Below the pieces are notes generated by a model. It saw only the letters and a program-made list of their open reading frames with translations, was not told the origin of the DNA and did no database searches. From the IMG/VR virus record IMGVR_UViG_3300042196_000209, positions 1 to 37,907 of that record: DNA of 37,907 nucleotides, one strand, 5' to 3'. The position numbers and the translations under genes were made by a program. Source of the DNA: a virus (lineage: Duplodnaviria > Caudoviricetes). This document shows, in pieces, positions 1 through 8,078 of this stretch (positions within the stretch are counted from its first letter, which is position 1; every line of letters starts with the position of its first letter).

Positions 1-1
1 G

Positions 2-379
2 CGCAACAGCGGTACGCCGGCCCGGAAGAAGACGCTCGACCGCCTACTGCTGCAGGCCATGATGGGCTGGCCCTCGACGTCGAAGCTGACCATCGCCGGC
101 GACACGTTCCTGCACCCGACCAAGGGTCGCAGGCGCAAATCCCCGGGCCGCAAGGTCGAGGTGCTGACGAAGAACAAGGTGTCGCCGAAGCGTCCGCGCC
201 GGTTCACGCCGCTCGAGACCGCCGTCCGCGGCATGACGAACTGGCAGCGGAAGCTGTACGGCAGGGCGGTCCGCCTACTCGACGGCAAGAAGCGCCTGAG
301 CGCGGAGCAGACCCTGGCCATGGCCGTCTGCTGCCGCAACACGCCACGCAGAGGGCCGGGTCACGGCCAGGTCGTCTGA
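2..379 (+). CDS. Basic hypothetical protein, 5' truncated by the window edge
   Basis: The frame of ORF 59..379 stays open back to position 2; K/R-rich; no recognisable motif. Confidence 0.6.
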   Translation, partial: RNSGTPARKKTLDRLLLQAMMGWPSTSKLTIAGDTFLHPTKGRRRKSPGRKVEVLTKNKVSPKRPRRFTPLETAVRGMTNWQRKLYGRAVRLLDGKKRLSAEQTLAMAVCCRNTPRRGPGHGQVV

Positions 380-384
380 CGGCC

Positions 385-606
385 GTGCTGACTCAAGAGC
401 AGATCGACGACATAGCGGAAACCCTCAGGGGCACGGCGACGTCGCTCGAGGAGCAGCTGGAGCGGTACGACACCGACTTCGCGACTGTGACCGTCGAGGA
501 CTGCCGCGCACTCGACGAGCTCGTATTCTGCTGCGACGCCTGCGGGTGGTGGTGCGGCAGGGACGAGGAGTCGGACGAGCCGGGCGTCTGCGACGACTGT
601 GCGTAG
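385..606 (+). CDS. Small acidic zinc-finger-like protein
   Basis: CCDACGWWC...CDDC Cys pairs; tightly packed in the operon. Confidence 0.65.
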   Translation: MLTQEQIDDIAETLRGTATSLEEQLERYDTDFATVTVEDCRALDELVFCCDACGWWCGRDEESDEPGVCDDCA

Positions 607-757
607 GACGAGGGTCTGGGAGCGCGTGGAGACGCCGGCACTTCGCGAGATACTGCGGGAGTGCGGGTGGGTCAAGAGGCGCTACGGTAGGCGGACGCTC
701 GTGGAGGTAGAGGACCTCGCCGTGGAGATCGAGCTGGAGCTGGAGCGCAGGCTATAA
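599..757 (+). CDS. Hypothetical 52-aa protein (not in the ORF track)
   Basis: GTG at 599, MRRTRVWERVETPALREILRECGW...ELERRL, TAA at 755-757; fills the gap and overlaps the polymerase start. Confidence 0.55.
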   Translation: MRRTRVWERVETPALREILRECGWVKRRYGRRTLVEVEDLAVEIELELERRL

Positions 758-2910
758 TCACCTTCGACTACGAGGCCAGGTCCCACAGCAACGTCACGAG
801 GGTCGGCGCCTACAAGTACGCCGAGGACCCCTCTACGGAGGTGACGTGCGCGGCGTGGCTGTTCGACGACGACCCCCAGGCCGGTCACTGGCATATAGGG
901 ACGACCGGCCAGGGCGAGTGGGAGCCCGTGCCGCAGTCGGACGACGACGTGCTCGACGAGCTCGTGCGACGCGTCAGGGACGGCGAGCCCATAGAGGCCC
1001 ACAACGCCTTCTTCGAGCGGGTGATGTGGGAGCAGGTCTGGCTGCGCATGCTCCCCTGGCTACCGCTCCCGAGGCCGGAGCAGTGGCACTGCAGCGCGGC
1101 CAAGGCCGCCTCCTTCGCACTCCCCAGAAAGCTGGAGGTCCTGGCACAGGTCCTCCAGGTGCCCGAGCAGAAGGACATGGACGGCCACCGGGTCATGCTC
1201 AAGCTCGCGAGGCCGGCGAGGCCTACCGCGGACAACCCCGACCGACAGTGGTGGGAGGACCCAAGGGACATACGTCGCGCCTGGAGGTACAACATCCAGG
1301 ACGTCCGCACCGAGCACGCATGCTCTAGGCAGATGAGGCCCCTGTCAGACTTCGAGCGCCAGGTCTGGCTGCTCGACCAGCGCATGAACCGCCGCGGCGT
1401 GCGCTGCGACCGCGAGATGGTGGGCCGGGCGATCGACCTGGCGGACGCAGAGGTGATCCGTCTGAACGCCGACATCTGCGAACTGACCGGCGGCGCGGTG
1501 AAGAAGGGCACCAGTCGGCCGTCGCTCAAGAAGTGGGTGAACGCACAGGGCGTAGAGCTGCCGGGCACGACCGGCAAGACCATAGAGCGCGTCCTCGACA
1601 GCGAGGTCATGTCGCGAGAGATCGAGAGGGTCCTACGCATGAGCCTAGAGGTCAACAAGACCTCCATCAAGAAGTACCACTCCATGCTGCAGAGGCTTTG
1701 CGACGACGGCCTCCTGCGCGACCTGCTGATATACTGCGGGGCCTCCACCGGGCGCTGGGCAGGTTCCGGCGTGCAGCCGCACAACTTCCCCCGCGGCGGC
1801 ATCAAGGACATAGACGTCGCCTGCGAGGTCATATCCTCCGGCGACAGGTGGGCGATCGAGTTCCTCTTCGGCCCGGTAATGGAGCACCTGTCGCACTCGA
1901 TACGGGGCGCCCTGACCGCGCGGGAGGGCCGCGAGCTCATCGTAGCGGACTACGCGGCCGTCGAGGCCCGCGACGTGTTCTGGCTCGCCGGCGACGAGGC
2001 CGGGCTGAACGACTTCAGGCTCTCGGACGCCAAGGAGGGCCCGGGGGTCTACTGCGTCATGGGTGAGCAGATATTCGGCTACCCGATAAACAAGGACGAC
2101 CACCCCCTCGAGCGCTTCGCCGGCAAGCAGGCTATCCTGGGCTCCGGCTTCGGCATGGGGCCCGACAAGTTCCACGAGACCTGCCTGAAGTACGACGTCG
2201 ACCTCCCCATGGACATCTGCAGGCGCGCCATATACACCTACCGCGACGTGCACGAGCCCGTGCAGCGGATGTGGGGCGAGCAGGAGGCGGCGGCGAAGGC
2301 GGCGGTCGCGCACCCCGGCAGGGTGTTCCCGTGCGGCCGCGTCAGCTGGGCCGTGCGCGGTCGGTTCCTGCACTGCAAGCTCCCGTCCGGTCGACTGCTG
2401 TCGTACTACAAGCCGAGGCTGTCGCGCATGCTGAACTTCAGGTTCAAGGTGCTGAAGCCCGGTCGCGAGTCTGACCTGTCCCTGAACCAGGACCTACGAG
2501 GAGGCGAGGGCGGCGCTCTGAGGCGGGCCGCGTTCCGGGCCCGCGCGATATGCAAGGAGAACCGGTGGAAGCTCGTCGACGAGCCGCCAAAGATGCGTGA
2601 GCAGACGGTCCTGCGGTTCGAGGGCATGGGCAAGAAGTGGGGCCTGCAGGAGACCTACGGCGGCAAGCTGGTGGAGAACATCACGCAGGCCGTGGCCAGG
2701 GACCAGCTCGCGGAGGCGATGGTGCGGATCGACGCCGGCGGCGTTTACGACATGCTGCTGTCGGTGCATGATGAGACCATAGGCGAGGTCGACGTGGGCG
2801 CCGGCGACCTGAGGGAGTTCGAGCTGGAGATGGCTCGACCCCCGCTCTGGTGCCCTGACGCGCCGCTCGTCGCAGTGGGCTGGCGCGGAGTGAGGTACCG
2901 AAAGGCATGA
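754..2910 (+). CDS. polA: Family A DNA polymerase with 3'-5' exonuclease; probable ATA start at 754
   Basis: ExoI IITFDYEARS...GAYKYAEDPSTEV lies upstream of the GTG at 841; ExoII HNAFFE; ExoIII YNIQD; motif A DYAAVEAR; motif B KQAILGSGFG; motif C VHDE. Confidence 0.95.
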   Translation: MITFDYEARSHSNVTRVGAYKYAEDPSTEVTCAAWLFDDDPQAGHWHIGTTGQGEWEPVPQSDDDVLDELVRRVRDGEPIEAHNAFFERVMWEQVWLRMLPWLPLPRPEQWHCSAAKAASFALPRKLEVLAQVLQVPEQKDMDGHRVMLKLARPARPTADNPDRQWWEDPRDIRRAWRYNIQDVRTEHACSRQMRPLSDFERQVWLLDQRMNRRGVRCDREMVGRAIDLADAEVIRLNADICELTGGAVKKGTSRPSLKKWVNAQGVELPGTTGKTIERVLDSEVMSREIERVLRMSLEVNKTSIKKYHSMLQRLCDDGLLRDLLIYCGASTGRWAGSGVQPHNFPRGGIKDIDVACEVISSGDRWAIEFLFGPVMEHLSHSIRGALTAREGRELIVADYAAVEARDVFWLAGDEAGLNDFRLSDAKEGPGVYCVMGEQIFGYPINKDDHPLERFAGKQAILGSGFGMGPDKFHETCLKYDVDLPMDICRRAIYTYRDVHEPVQRMWGEQEAAAKAAVAHPGRVFPCGRVSWAVRGRFLHCKLPSGRLLSYYKPRLSRMLNFRFKVLKPGRESDLSLNQDLRGGEGGALRRAAFRARAICKENRWKLVDEPPKMREQTVLRFEGMGKKWGLQETYGGKLVENITQAVARDQLAEAMVRIDAGGVYDMLLSVHDETIGEVDVGAGDLREFELEMARPPLWCPDAPLVAVGWRGVRYRKA

Positions 2911-3140
2911 CACGGAGGACGAACGAGCTCTGCGTAGAGTGCGGCGCGGCTAGGAACTGCCACACGCCGCTGAACCGCGCCACGGGCCTGTGCTGCGACG
3001 GGTTCACCGCCGCCGTCAAGCGCGTGCTCGCCAAGGACACGGAATACTGGGACGCCTGGGGCGGCTCCACGGAGGACCGCTCCACGTACAACCTGGGCGA
3101 CGGCTGTCGCCGTGTGCCCTCCAGAGGGGGCCAAGACTGA
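2907..3140 (+). CDS. Cys-rich hypothetical protein
   Basis: ATGA overlap with the polymerase stop; CVECG...CH...CCDGF. Confidence 0.6.
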   Translation: MTRRTNELCVECGAARNCHTPLNRATGLCCDGFTAAVKRVLAKDTEYWDAWGGSTEDRSTYNLGDGCRRVPSRGGQD

Positions 3141-3838
3141 TGCGAAATGTACAGGCCGACAAGTCGGCGAAGCTGATAGCCGACCTCGAGGGCGACGACT
3201 TCAGCTGCCACGCCGGGCCGCTGAGTACGCGGCTCGAGTGGCAGGAGCTGAGGCGGCGCGTGCTAAGCCTTGATACACAGGAGCACGAGCTGTACACCGT
3301 CGAGGACGGCTGGATAGAGCTGCACTCCGGCGAGCGGTTCTTCTACAGGAGCCCCACAGCGGACATGATCCACCTGTCGGACATAGCCGCGTCGCTGGGA
3401 AAGACCGCGCGCTACGCCGGACACACACACACGTTCTACTCGGTGGCAGAGCACAGCTGCCTGCTAATGAGGTGGGCGCGCCGTAACATCGTGCCCGACC
3501 GCCGGCTGCTGCGGACCATACTCATGCACGACGCGACAGAGGCGTACATCCCGGACGTGCCGAGGCCGCTGAAGCACATGGTGCCACTGTTCAGAGAGTT
3601 CGAGGGCAGCATAGAGCGGGTCATGTCGCCGAAGTTCGACCTCATCTCGCCGCACCCGGCGATCATCCGCGAGATCGACAGCCGCATACTACGCGACGAG
3701 CGCGAGCAGGCCATGAACCCGAGCGGCAACGACTGGGGCACCGACAAGCTCGAGCCCCTGGGCGTGAAGCTGCACCTCTGGCCGCCCGAGGTCGCGATAG
3801 ACAACTTCCTCGGGGACTACGCCGAGGTCGCGCCATGA
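3140..3838 (+). CDS. HD-domain hydrolase (YfbR-like 5'-deoxynucleotidase family)
   Basis: RYAGH...YSVAEHS...LMHDATEAYIPDVPRPLK...D; ATG at 3140 coupled to the upstream TGA. Confidence 0.85.
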   Translation: MRNVQADKSAKLIADLEGDDFSCHAGPLSTRLEWQELRRRVLSLDTQEHELYTVEDGWIELHSGERFFYRSPTADMIHLSDIAASLGKTARYAGHTHTFYSVAEHSCLLMRWARRNIVPDRRLLRTILMHDATEAYIPDVPRPLKHMVPLFREFEGSIERVMSPKFDLISPHPAIIREIDSRILRDEREQAMNPSGNDWGTDKLEPLGVKLHLWPPEVAIDNFLGDYAEVAP

Positions 3839-4098
3839 CCACATGGAAGCCTGCGGAGGAGATGTACGCCATCGTGGGGGGTCCGCCATCGGACTGGTAC
3901 AACCTCAGGATAGTCGACGAGGAGACGCAGGCAGAGGTCGGTGAGGTAGTGGAGGTGAACCTGCTCGAGGGCTGGCTGCGGCGGCACGTGACCGACGCTG
4001 ACGGCCACAAGGTAATCGAGGGCGTGAACGGCGGTAGGCAGGTGGCCTGCGAGCGCCTGGAGGGCAGGTTCACGCTCGAGAGGCTCGTCGAGGATTGA
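3835..4098 (+). CDS. Hypothetical protein
   Basis: Start/stop overlaps on both sides; codon usage like neighbouring genes. Confidence 0.65.
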   Translation: MTTWKPAEEMYAIVGGPPSDWYNLRIVDEETQAEVGEVVEVNLLEGWLRRHVTDADGHKVIEGVNGGRQVACERLEGRFTLERLVED

Positions 4099-5531
4099 GG
4101 ACCGAGCCGTACAGACACCAGGCCGAGGAGTACGAGGCCTCCAAGGGCCTCGAGGCCCGCGCGCTCCTGTGGCAGATGCGAACTGGCAAGTCCAAGGTCA
4201 TAGTCGACACGGCGTTCCACCTGCGCGACGACCTGGCAATAGAGGGCGCCATCATCAACGCGCCGAACGGCGTCCACGCGAACTGGACCCGTCGAGAGCT
4301 GCCTAAGCACTCGTGGGACGACGGCTACTCTGCCCTCGCCTGGAGGTCGCGGCGCCCGGACATGGACGAGGTGGCGGCGCACTTCGCGCGTCACGCCGAG
4401 TTCCCCATCCTGGCCGTGAACAACGAGGTCCTGCCGAACCCGCGAGCGCAGGCGGCCATAAAGGGCATGCTGAAGCGCGGCCGACTCCTGTACGTCGCGG
4501 ACGAGTGCCACGACTTCCGCAGCCCCGGCTCCAGGCGCACTAAGCTGGCCCGCGGGCTGTCCGCCAAGTGCGCCTACAGGCGCATACTCACGGGCACAGC
4601 CGTCCTGAACAGCCCGCTTCACGCCTTCTCGCAGTTCGAGCTCCTGCAGAAGGGGGCCCTCGGCTACACGCGGTACGACGAGTTCCGGTCGCGCTTCGCG
4701 ACTGCGGTCATGCACACCACGAGGAGCGGGCGGCAGTTCCCGGAGTGGAGGCCGCGCGACCTGGGCGAGCTGCGCGAGAGGCTGGCTAGGTGGTCGTCCG
4801 TGGTCCTGCGGGCAGACGTGGACGACATGCCTGAACTGATCGAGGACGAGCGCCTGGTCTACATGAGCGCGTCGCAGTCCGAGGCCTACCTGCGGATGGT
4901 GAAGGAGTGGAAGCTCGACCTCGACGCCGGCTCCGTCTCCGTGAAGGAGGGTGGCGCGAGGATGATGAAGCTCCAGCAGATACTCGGCGGCTTCGTCATA
5001 ACAGACGACGGCGAGGTCAGATCCATAGAGGACAACCCCCCGCGCCTGGACGCGGTCGTAGAGCAGGTGGTCGGCACACTGCCCGGCAAGACCATAGTCT
5101 GGTGTCGCTTCCGGGAGGACATAAGGCGCGTCGTGGCCCGGCTCCGCGAGGAGGGCTTCGACCCGGTGGAGTACCACGGCGGCGTGTCGGCGGGTCTCAG
5201 GGACGAGACCGAGGACCGGTTCCGCGACGACCCGACCGCGAACCCACTTGTCGGCCAGCCCCAGTCGGGCGGCCAGGGGCTCGACCTGTCGACGGCGGAC
5301 ACGGTGGTCAACTACAGCCACTCGCACAACTCCATAATCCGCGAGCAGTCCAAGGAGAGGGCCACGGCCATCGGCGGCAAGTCCGTGGGCCTCGTGGACC
5401 TCAGGACGCCCGGCTCGGTGGACGACGTCATACTGGAGTGCGCCGCGGAGAACCTGAGCGTGTCCGAGTACCTCACCGGCCCCGGGCTGAAGCTGCGGCT
5501 GCAGGAGATACTGGACGCCACAGATGTGTGA
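4095..5531 (+). CDS. SNF2-family (superfamily 2) DNA helicase
   Basis: QMRTGKS Walker A, DECH box, LTGT motif III, GQGLDL, QSKERA motif VI. Confidence 0.92.
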   Translation: MRTEPYRHQAEEYEASKGLEARALLWQMRTGKSKVIVDTAFHLRDDLAIEGAIINAPNGVHANWTRRELPKHSWDDGYSALAWRSRRPDMDEVAAHFARHAEFPILAVNNEVLPNPRAQAAIKGMLKRGRLLYVADECHDFRSPGSRRTKLARGLSAKCAYRRILTGTAVLNSPLHAFSQFELLQKGALGYTRYDEFRSRFATAVMHTTRSGRQFPEWRPRDLGELRERLARWSSVVLRADVDDMPELIEDERLVYMSASQSEAYLRMVKEWKLDLDAGSVSVKEGGARMMKLQQILGGFVITDDGEVRSIEDNPPRLDAVVEQVVGTLPGKTIVWCRFREDIRRVVARLREEGFDPVEYHGGVSAGLRDETEDRFRDDPTANPLVGQPQSGGQGLDLSTADTVVNYSHSHNSIIREQSKERATAIGGKSVGLVDLRTPGSVDDVILECAAENLSVSEYLTGPGLKLRLQEILDATDV

Positions 5532-5542
5532 GGGGACACTGG

Positions 5543-5571
5543 CTGACGCCCCGCCATTCGTGTGGCATAGT
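5543..5571 (+). promoter_or_regulatory. Putative sigma70-like promoter CTGACG-N17-CATAGT
   Basis: Intergenic; 17-bp spacer; TG before the -10; same pattern as 5939 and 15757. Confidence 0.45.
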
Positions 5572-5611
5572 GGGAGGGAACGAGCACTGAACCGAATAGG
5601 AAGGGCGTCAC

Positions 5612-5923
5612 ATGAGCGAGGATAAGAAGAAGGTCGCGGGCATCGGCATGATCGCGATCGAGGCAATCTTGGCCGGCAAGACAAACGAGCAGGCGTTGGA
5701 GGCCGTCAGCAAGGCGCACCCGGGGGCGAACACTGGCATGGCCTCCATCAACTGGTACCGGAACAAGCTGCGCGCGGAGGGTGCCAAGCTGAAGGGCTCC
5801 AGCAAGCCGGTGCCGACCAGCCGCGAGCTGGCCGCTGCGGCCAAGAAGGTCAACGGCGCGGCCCCAAAGAAGGCCCCAAAGAAGGCCCCAAAGAAGGCCG
5901 AGCCGACCGATCCGTTGGCTTAA
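5612..5923 (+). CDS. Small basic DNA-binding protein with histone-like APKK repeats
   Basis: Helical/HTH-like core (TNEQALEAV...HPGANTGMASINWYRNKLR) and an (APKK)x3 tail. Confidence 0.7.
   Translation: MSEDKKKVAGIGMIAIEAILAGKTNEQALEAVSKAHPGANTGMASINWYRNKLRAEGAKLKGSSKPVPTSRELAAAAKKVNGAAPKKAPKKAPKKAEPTDPLA
5861..5899 (+). repeat. 12-bp tandem repeat GCCCCAAAGAAG x3
   Basis: Read directly; encodes APKK repeats. Confidence 0.9.
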
Positions 5924-5967
5924 CCATAAATTAGGGGGCTCACGTGACCCCTCGAATATGGTATAAA
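5920..5967 (+). promoter_or_regulatory. CtrA-like box TTAA-N7-TTAG followed by putative promoter CTCACG-N17-TATAAA
   Basis: TTAACCATAAATTAG at 5920-5934; -35 at 5939-5944; -10 at 5962-5967. Confidence 0.5.
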
Positions 5968-5994
5968 GGGTCCACCTCATTGGTGGACCCTTTA
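5964..5994 (+). terminator. Perfect 13-bp hairpin, probable intrinsic terminator
   Basis: TAAAGGGTCCACC-tcatt-GGTGGACCCTTTA downstream of 5612..5923. Confidence 0.65.
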
Positions 5995-6062
5995 ACCTTA
6001 TGGAGCTCAGCATGCTACTGACCAAAGAGCCGTCTACCAACGCGGACTGCCGGACGGCGGAC

Positions 6063-6764
6063 ATGCCCGGCGATCTCAGCTACCAGGCCGTCTACTACAT
6101 GAACGGCCCGGCCCCGAAGTGTGGCAGGAGCGACTTCGCGATCAAGGACCCGCCGAACGCCGGCTGGTCGTTCGCGTTCGTGATCGGGGCTCCGGACGCG
6201 AAGCGGGTCACGCTGTTCTGCCCGTTCACGATCCAGTCGTACCAAATCCCGGCCACGGCCGGCGAGCTCAGGAAGCGCGAGCGCCTGCACATGAGCAACG
6301 CCCGAAAGAGCTGGCTCATAGCGCGGATCACGGAGAACTGGCGCGACTTCGTAAAGCTGGGCCTGGCCCGGGACTACGACGTGGCCGCCGTGGTGCTGAC
6401 CAGGCTCGGCGCCGAGGTGCCGACGGCGTCTGTACCGGACGTCACTGTCGGGCCGTCCACAGAGGCCGACGGCTACGTACCGTCCGTCTCCCGTGAGCGC
6501 AAGGAGCGCCGCGGTGGCAAGGACCACGCGGACGCGCTGCTGAGACCGGTCGCCAGGTCGAGCAAGCGGGGCCAGGTGGCGGAGTTCTTCCTCGGCTCTG
6601 AGCCGAGGTCGGTGCGGGAGTGCATGGCCCGCATGGACATGTCGCGCAACAGCGTGCTGTCCGCGCTCCACGTGCTGAACAAGACCCACGGCCTCGGCTA
6701 CGAGGTGCTGAACGACACGGCCAGGGTGGACGCGCCGACCGACTGGAATATATGGGGCGAGTGA
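6063..6764 (+). CDS. Hypothetical protein with C-terminal winged-helix-like segment (start uncertain, 6000-6063)
   Basis: C-terminal RSVRECMARMDMSRNSVLSALHVLNKTHGLGYEV resembles a wHTH. Confidence 0.65.
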   Translation: MPGDLSYQAVYYMNGPAPKCGRSDFAIKDPPNAGWSFAFVIGAPDAKRVTLFCPFTIQSYQIPATAGELRKRERLHMSNARKSWLIARITENWRDFVKLGLARDYDVAAVVLTRLGAEVPTASVPDVTVGPSTEADGYVPSVSRERKERRGGKDHADALLRPVARSSKRGQVAEFFLGSEPRSVRECMARMDMSRNSVLSALHVLNKTHGLGYEVLNDTARVDAPTDWNIWGE

Positions 6765-6765
6765 C

Positions 6766-6945
6766 GTGCCACAGTTCGACGTGACACGGAGGGCCGACGG
6801 AGCCTGCCTGATCGTCATGACCGAGCGGTACAGTACGGTAGCGGTCGCGCACTGCCCGCCGGGGTGTCACCCCACCGAGACACAGGTCCGCGAGTGCGTG
6901 CGCGCGATGATGGGTGAGCCCGTCCATGTCGACCAGACTTGTTGA
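6766..6945 (+). CDS. Hypothetical 59-aa protein (not in the ORF track)
   Basis: GTG at 6766, MPQFDVTRRADGACLIV...DQTC, TGA at 6943-6945; fills the gap. Confidence 0.45.
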   Translation: MPQFDVTRRADGACLIVMTERYSTVAVAHCPPGCHPTETQVRECVRAMMGEPVHVDQTC

Positions 6946-7366
6946 CGCCCCGCCGCGCGGACGGCTGTTTCAGGAGGCGCTCCGGCGTCGTCCGTTCTGG
7001 ATGCTTGTCGCGTGCTGCCTTGTGAACCTGACCACGTGGGAGCAGGCGAGGCCCGTTCTGCGCAGCCTCATGCGGCACCACACCATAGGGTCGCTCGCCT
7101 CGGCCGACCCCGCCTCGATCGAGCCGTTGCTGAGGCCGCTCGGCCTCCAGCGCGTCAGGTCCGAGCGCTTGACAAGAATGGCCCGTGCTTGGTTGCACGC
7201 GAGGCCAAGGGGGTATAATGACGTGATTGGACTGCCCGGGTGTGGCAAGTACGCAGGTCACTCATGGGCAATCTTTATAGATGGCTGTCTCAATGTACAG
7301 CCCGACGACGGTAAATTAAATTGGTACTTGGACAAAATACGCAGTGAGCACGACAGAGCAGCATAG
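6926..7366 (+). CDS. MBD4-like HhH-GPD DNA glycosylase (T/U:G mismatch type)
   Basis: LFQEAL..PFWMLVACCLVN.T, LLRPLGL, HhH LPGCGKYA..S..IF, and QPDDGKLNWY matching the MBD4 catalytic HPEDHKLNKY; no Fe-S cysteine cluster. Confidence 0.85.
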   Translation: MSTRLVDAPPRGRLFQEALRRRPFWMLVACCLVNLTTWEQARPVLRSLMRHHTIGSLASADPASIEPLLRPLGLQRVRSERLTRMARAWLHARPRGYNDVIGLPGCGKYAGHSWAIFIDGCLNVQPDDGKLNWYLDKIRSEHDRAA

Positions 7367-7422
7367 GCGCTGGCGAGCTAATAACAGGGACAAGGTCGCT
7401 ACGAACTCAAGAGCCTACATAG

Positions 7423-7720
7423 CATGCCTATCCGGTTGTCGCCCAAGGAGACTAGATGATGAAGTCTGAATACGCGCCGATCACCATTGATCAGAAGCTC
7501 GGATATTTGGTTGAGGAGTGTGGCGAAGTTCTAGCGGCAGTCGGAAAGACACAGCGCTGGGGGCTTAATAGCTTCAATCCGGAGCCTGGCGCCAGCCGCG
7601 AAACAAACCGCGAATGGATATTGCGGGAGTTGGACGACCTTGAGAACGCCTGCCACCTTGTTCGCTCGGCCTTGGACGGCTCAATGGGTGGTAGCAATGG
7701 GTAACAACCGGATAGGCATG
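7423..7720. mobile_element. Non-autonomous 298-bp insertion cassette with 23-bp TIRs and an 8-bp TSD (CTACATAG)
   Basis: Left end CATGCCTATCCGGTTGTCGCCCA; right end TGGGTAACAACCGGATAGGCATG (21/23 inverted match); CTACATAG at 7415-7422 and 7721-7728. Confidence 0.88.
7456..7704 (+). CDS. MazG-like nucleotide pyrophosphohydrolase (cargo of the cassette)
   Basis: LVEECGEV...ELDDL (EExxE...ExxD); AAGGAG RBS just inside the left TIR; stop codon inside the right TIR. Confidence 0.75.
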   Translation: MMKSEYAPITIDQKLGYLVEECGEVLAAVGKTQRWGLNSFNPEPGASRETNREWILRELDDLENACHLVRSALDGSMGGSNG

Positions 7721-8078
7721 CTACATAGAGCGGCACTTCGCCCGGTACATGCTCAAGAGAACTCGGGACAGCGCACGGCTCAGGAAGCTAGATTTCAGCC
7801 TTACCGAGGAATGGATACAGGGGTACCTCGATATCGGTCGGTGCCAGGTTACAGGTCTTACCTTTGATTTTAAGGTCGGTACTGGTGCCGGCAATAATGG
7901 CCGCAATCCATACGGTCCTAGCATAGACCGAAAAGACCCATCTAAAGGCTATACTGGGGACAACTGCCAGGTCGTTTTGTGGATGTTGAATGCGGCAAAG
8001 GGGTCTTGGAGCATGGACGAAGTGATGACGCTCGCAAGAGCGTTGATCGACTCAACTAACACGTAAATAGGAGGAGAG

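Larger units (their letters stand above)
7344..8066 (+). pseudogene. HNH-type (homing-like) endonuclease gene interrupted by a cassette at 7423-7720; the C-terminal part 7749..8066 is intact
   Basis: Removing 7423-7728 gives a continuous ORF MSTTEQHRRWRANNRDKVATNSRAYIERHFARYMLKR...CQVTG...SIDRKDPSKGYTGDNCQVVLWMLNAAK. Confidence 0.8.

Noticed and set aside
2420-2610. Possible intein or intron in the polymerase
   Set aside because: The insertion is short, in frame and lacks C/S...HN-C/S/T splice motifs.
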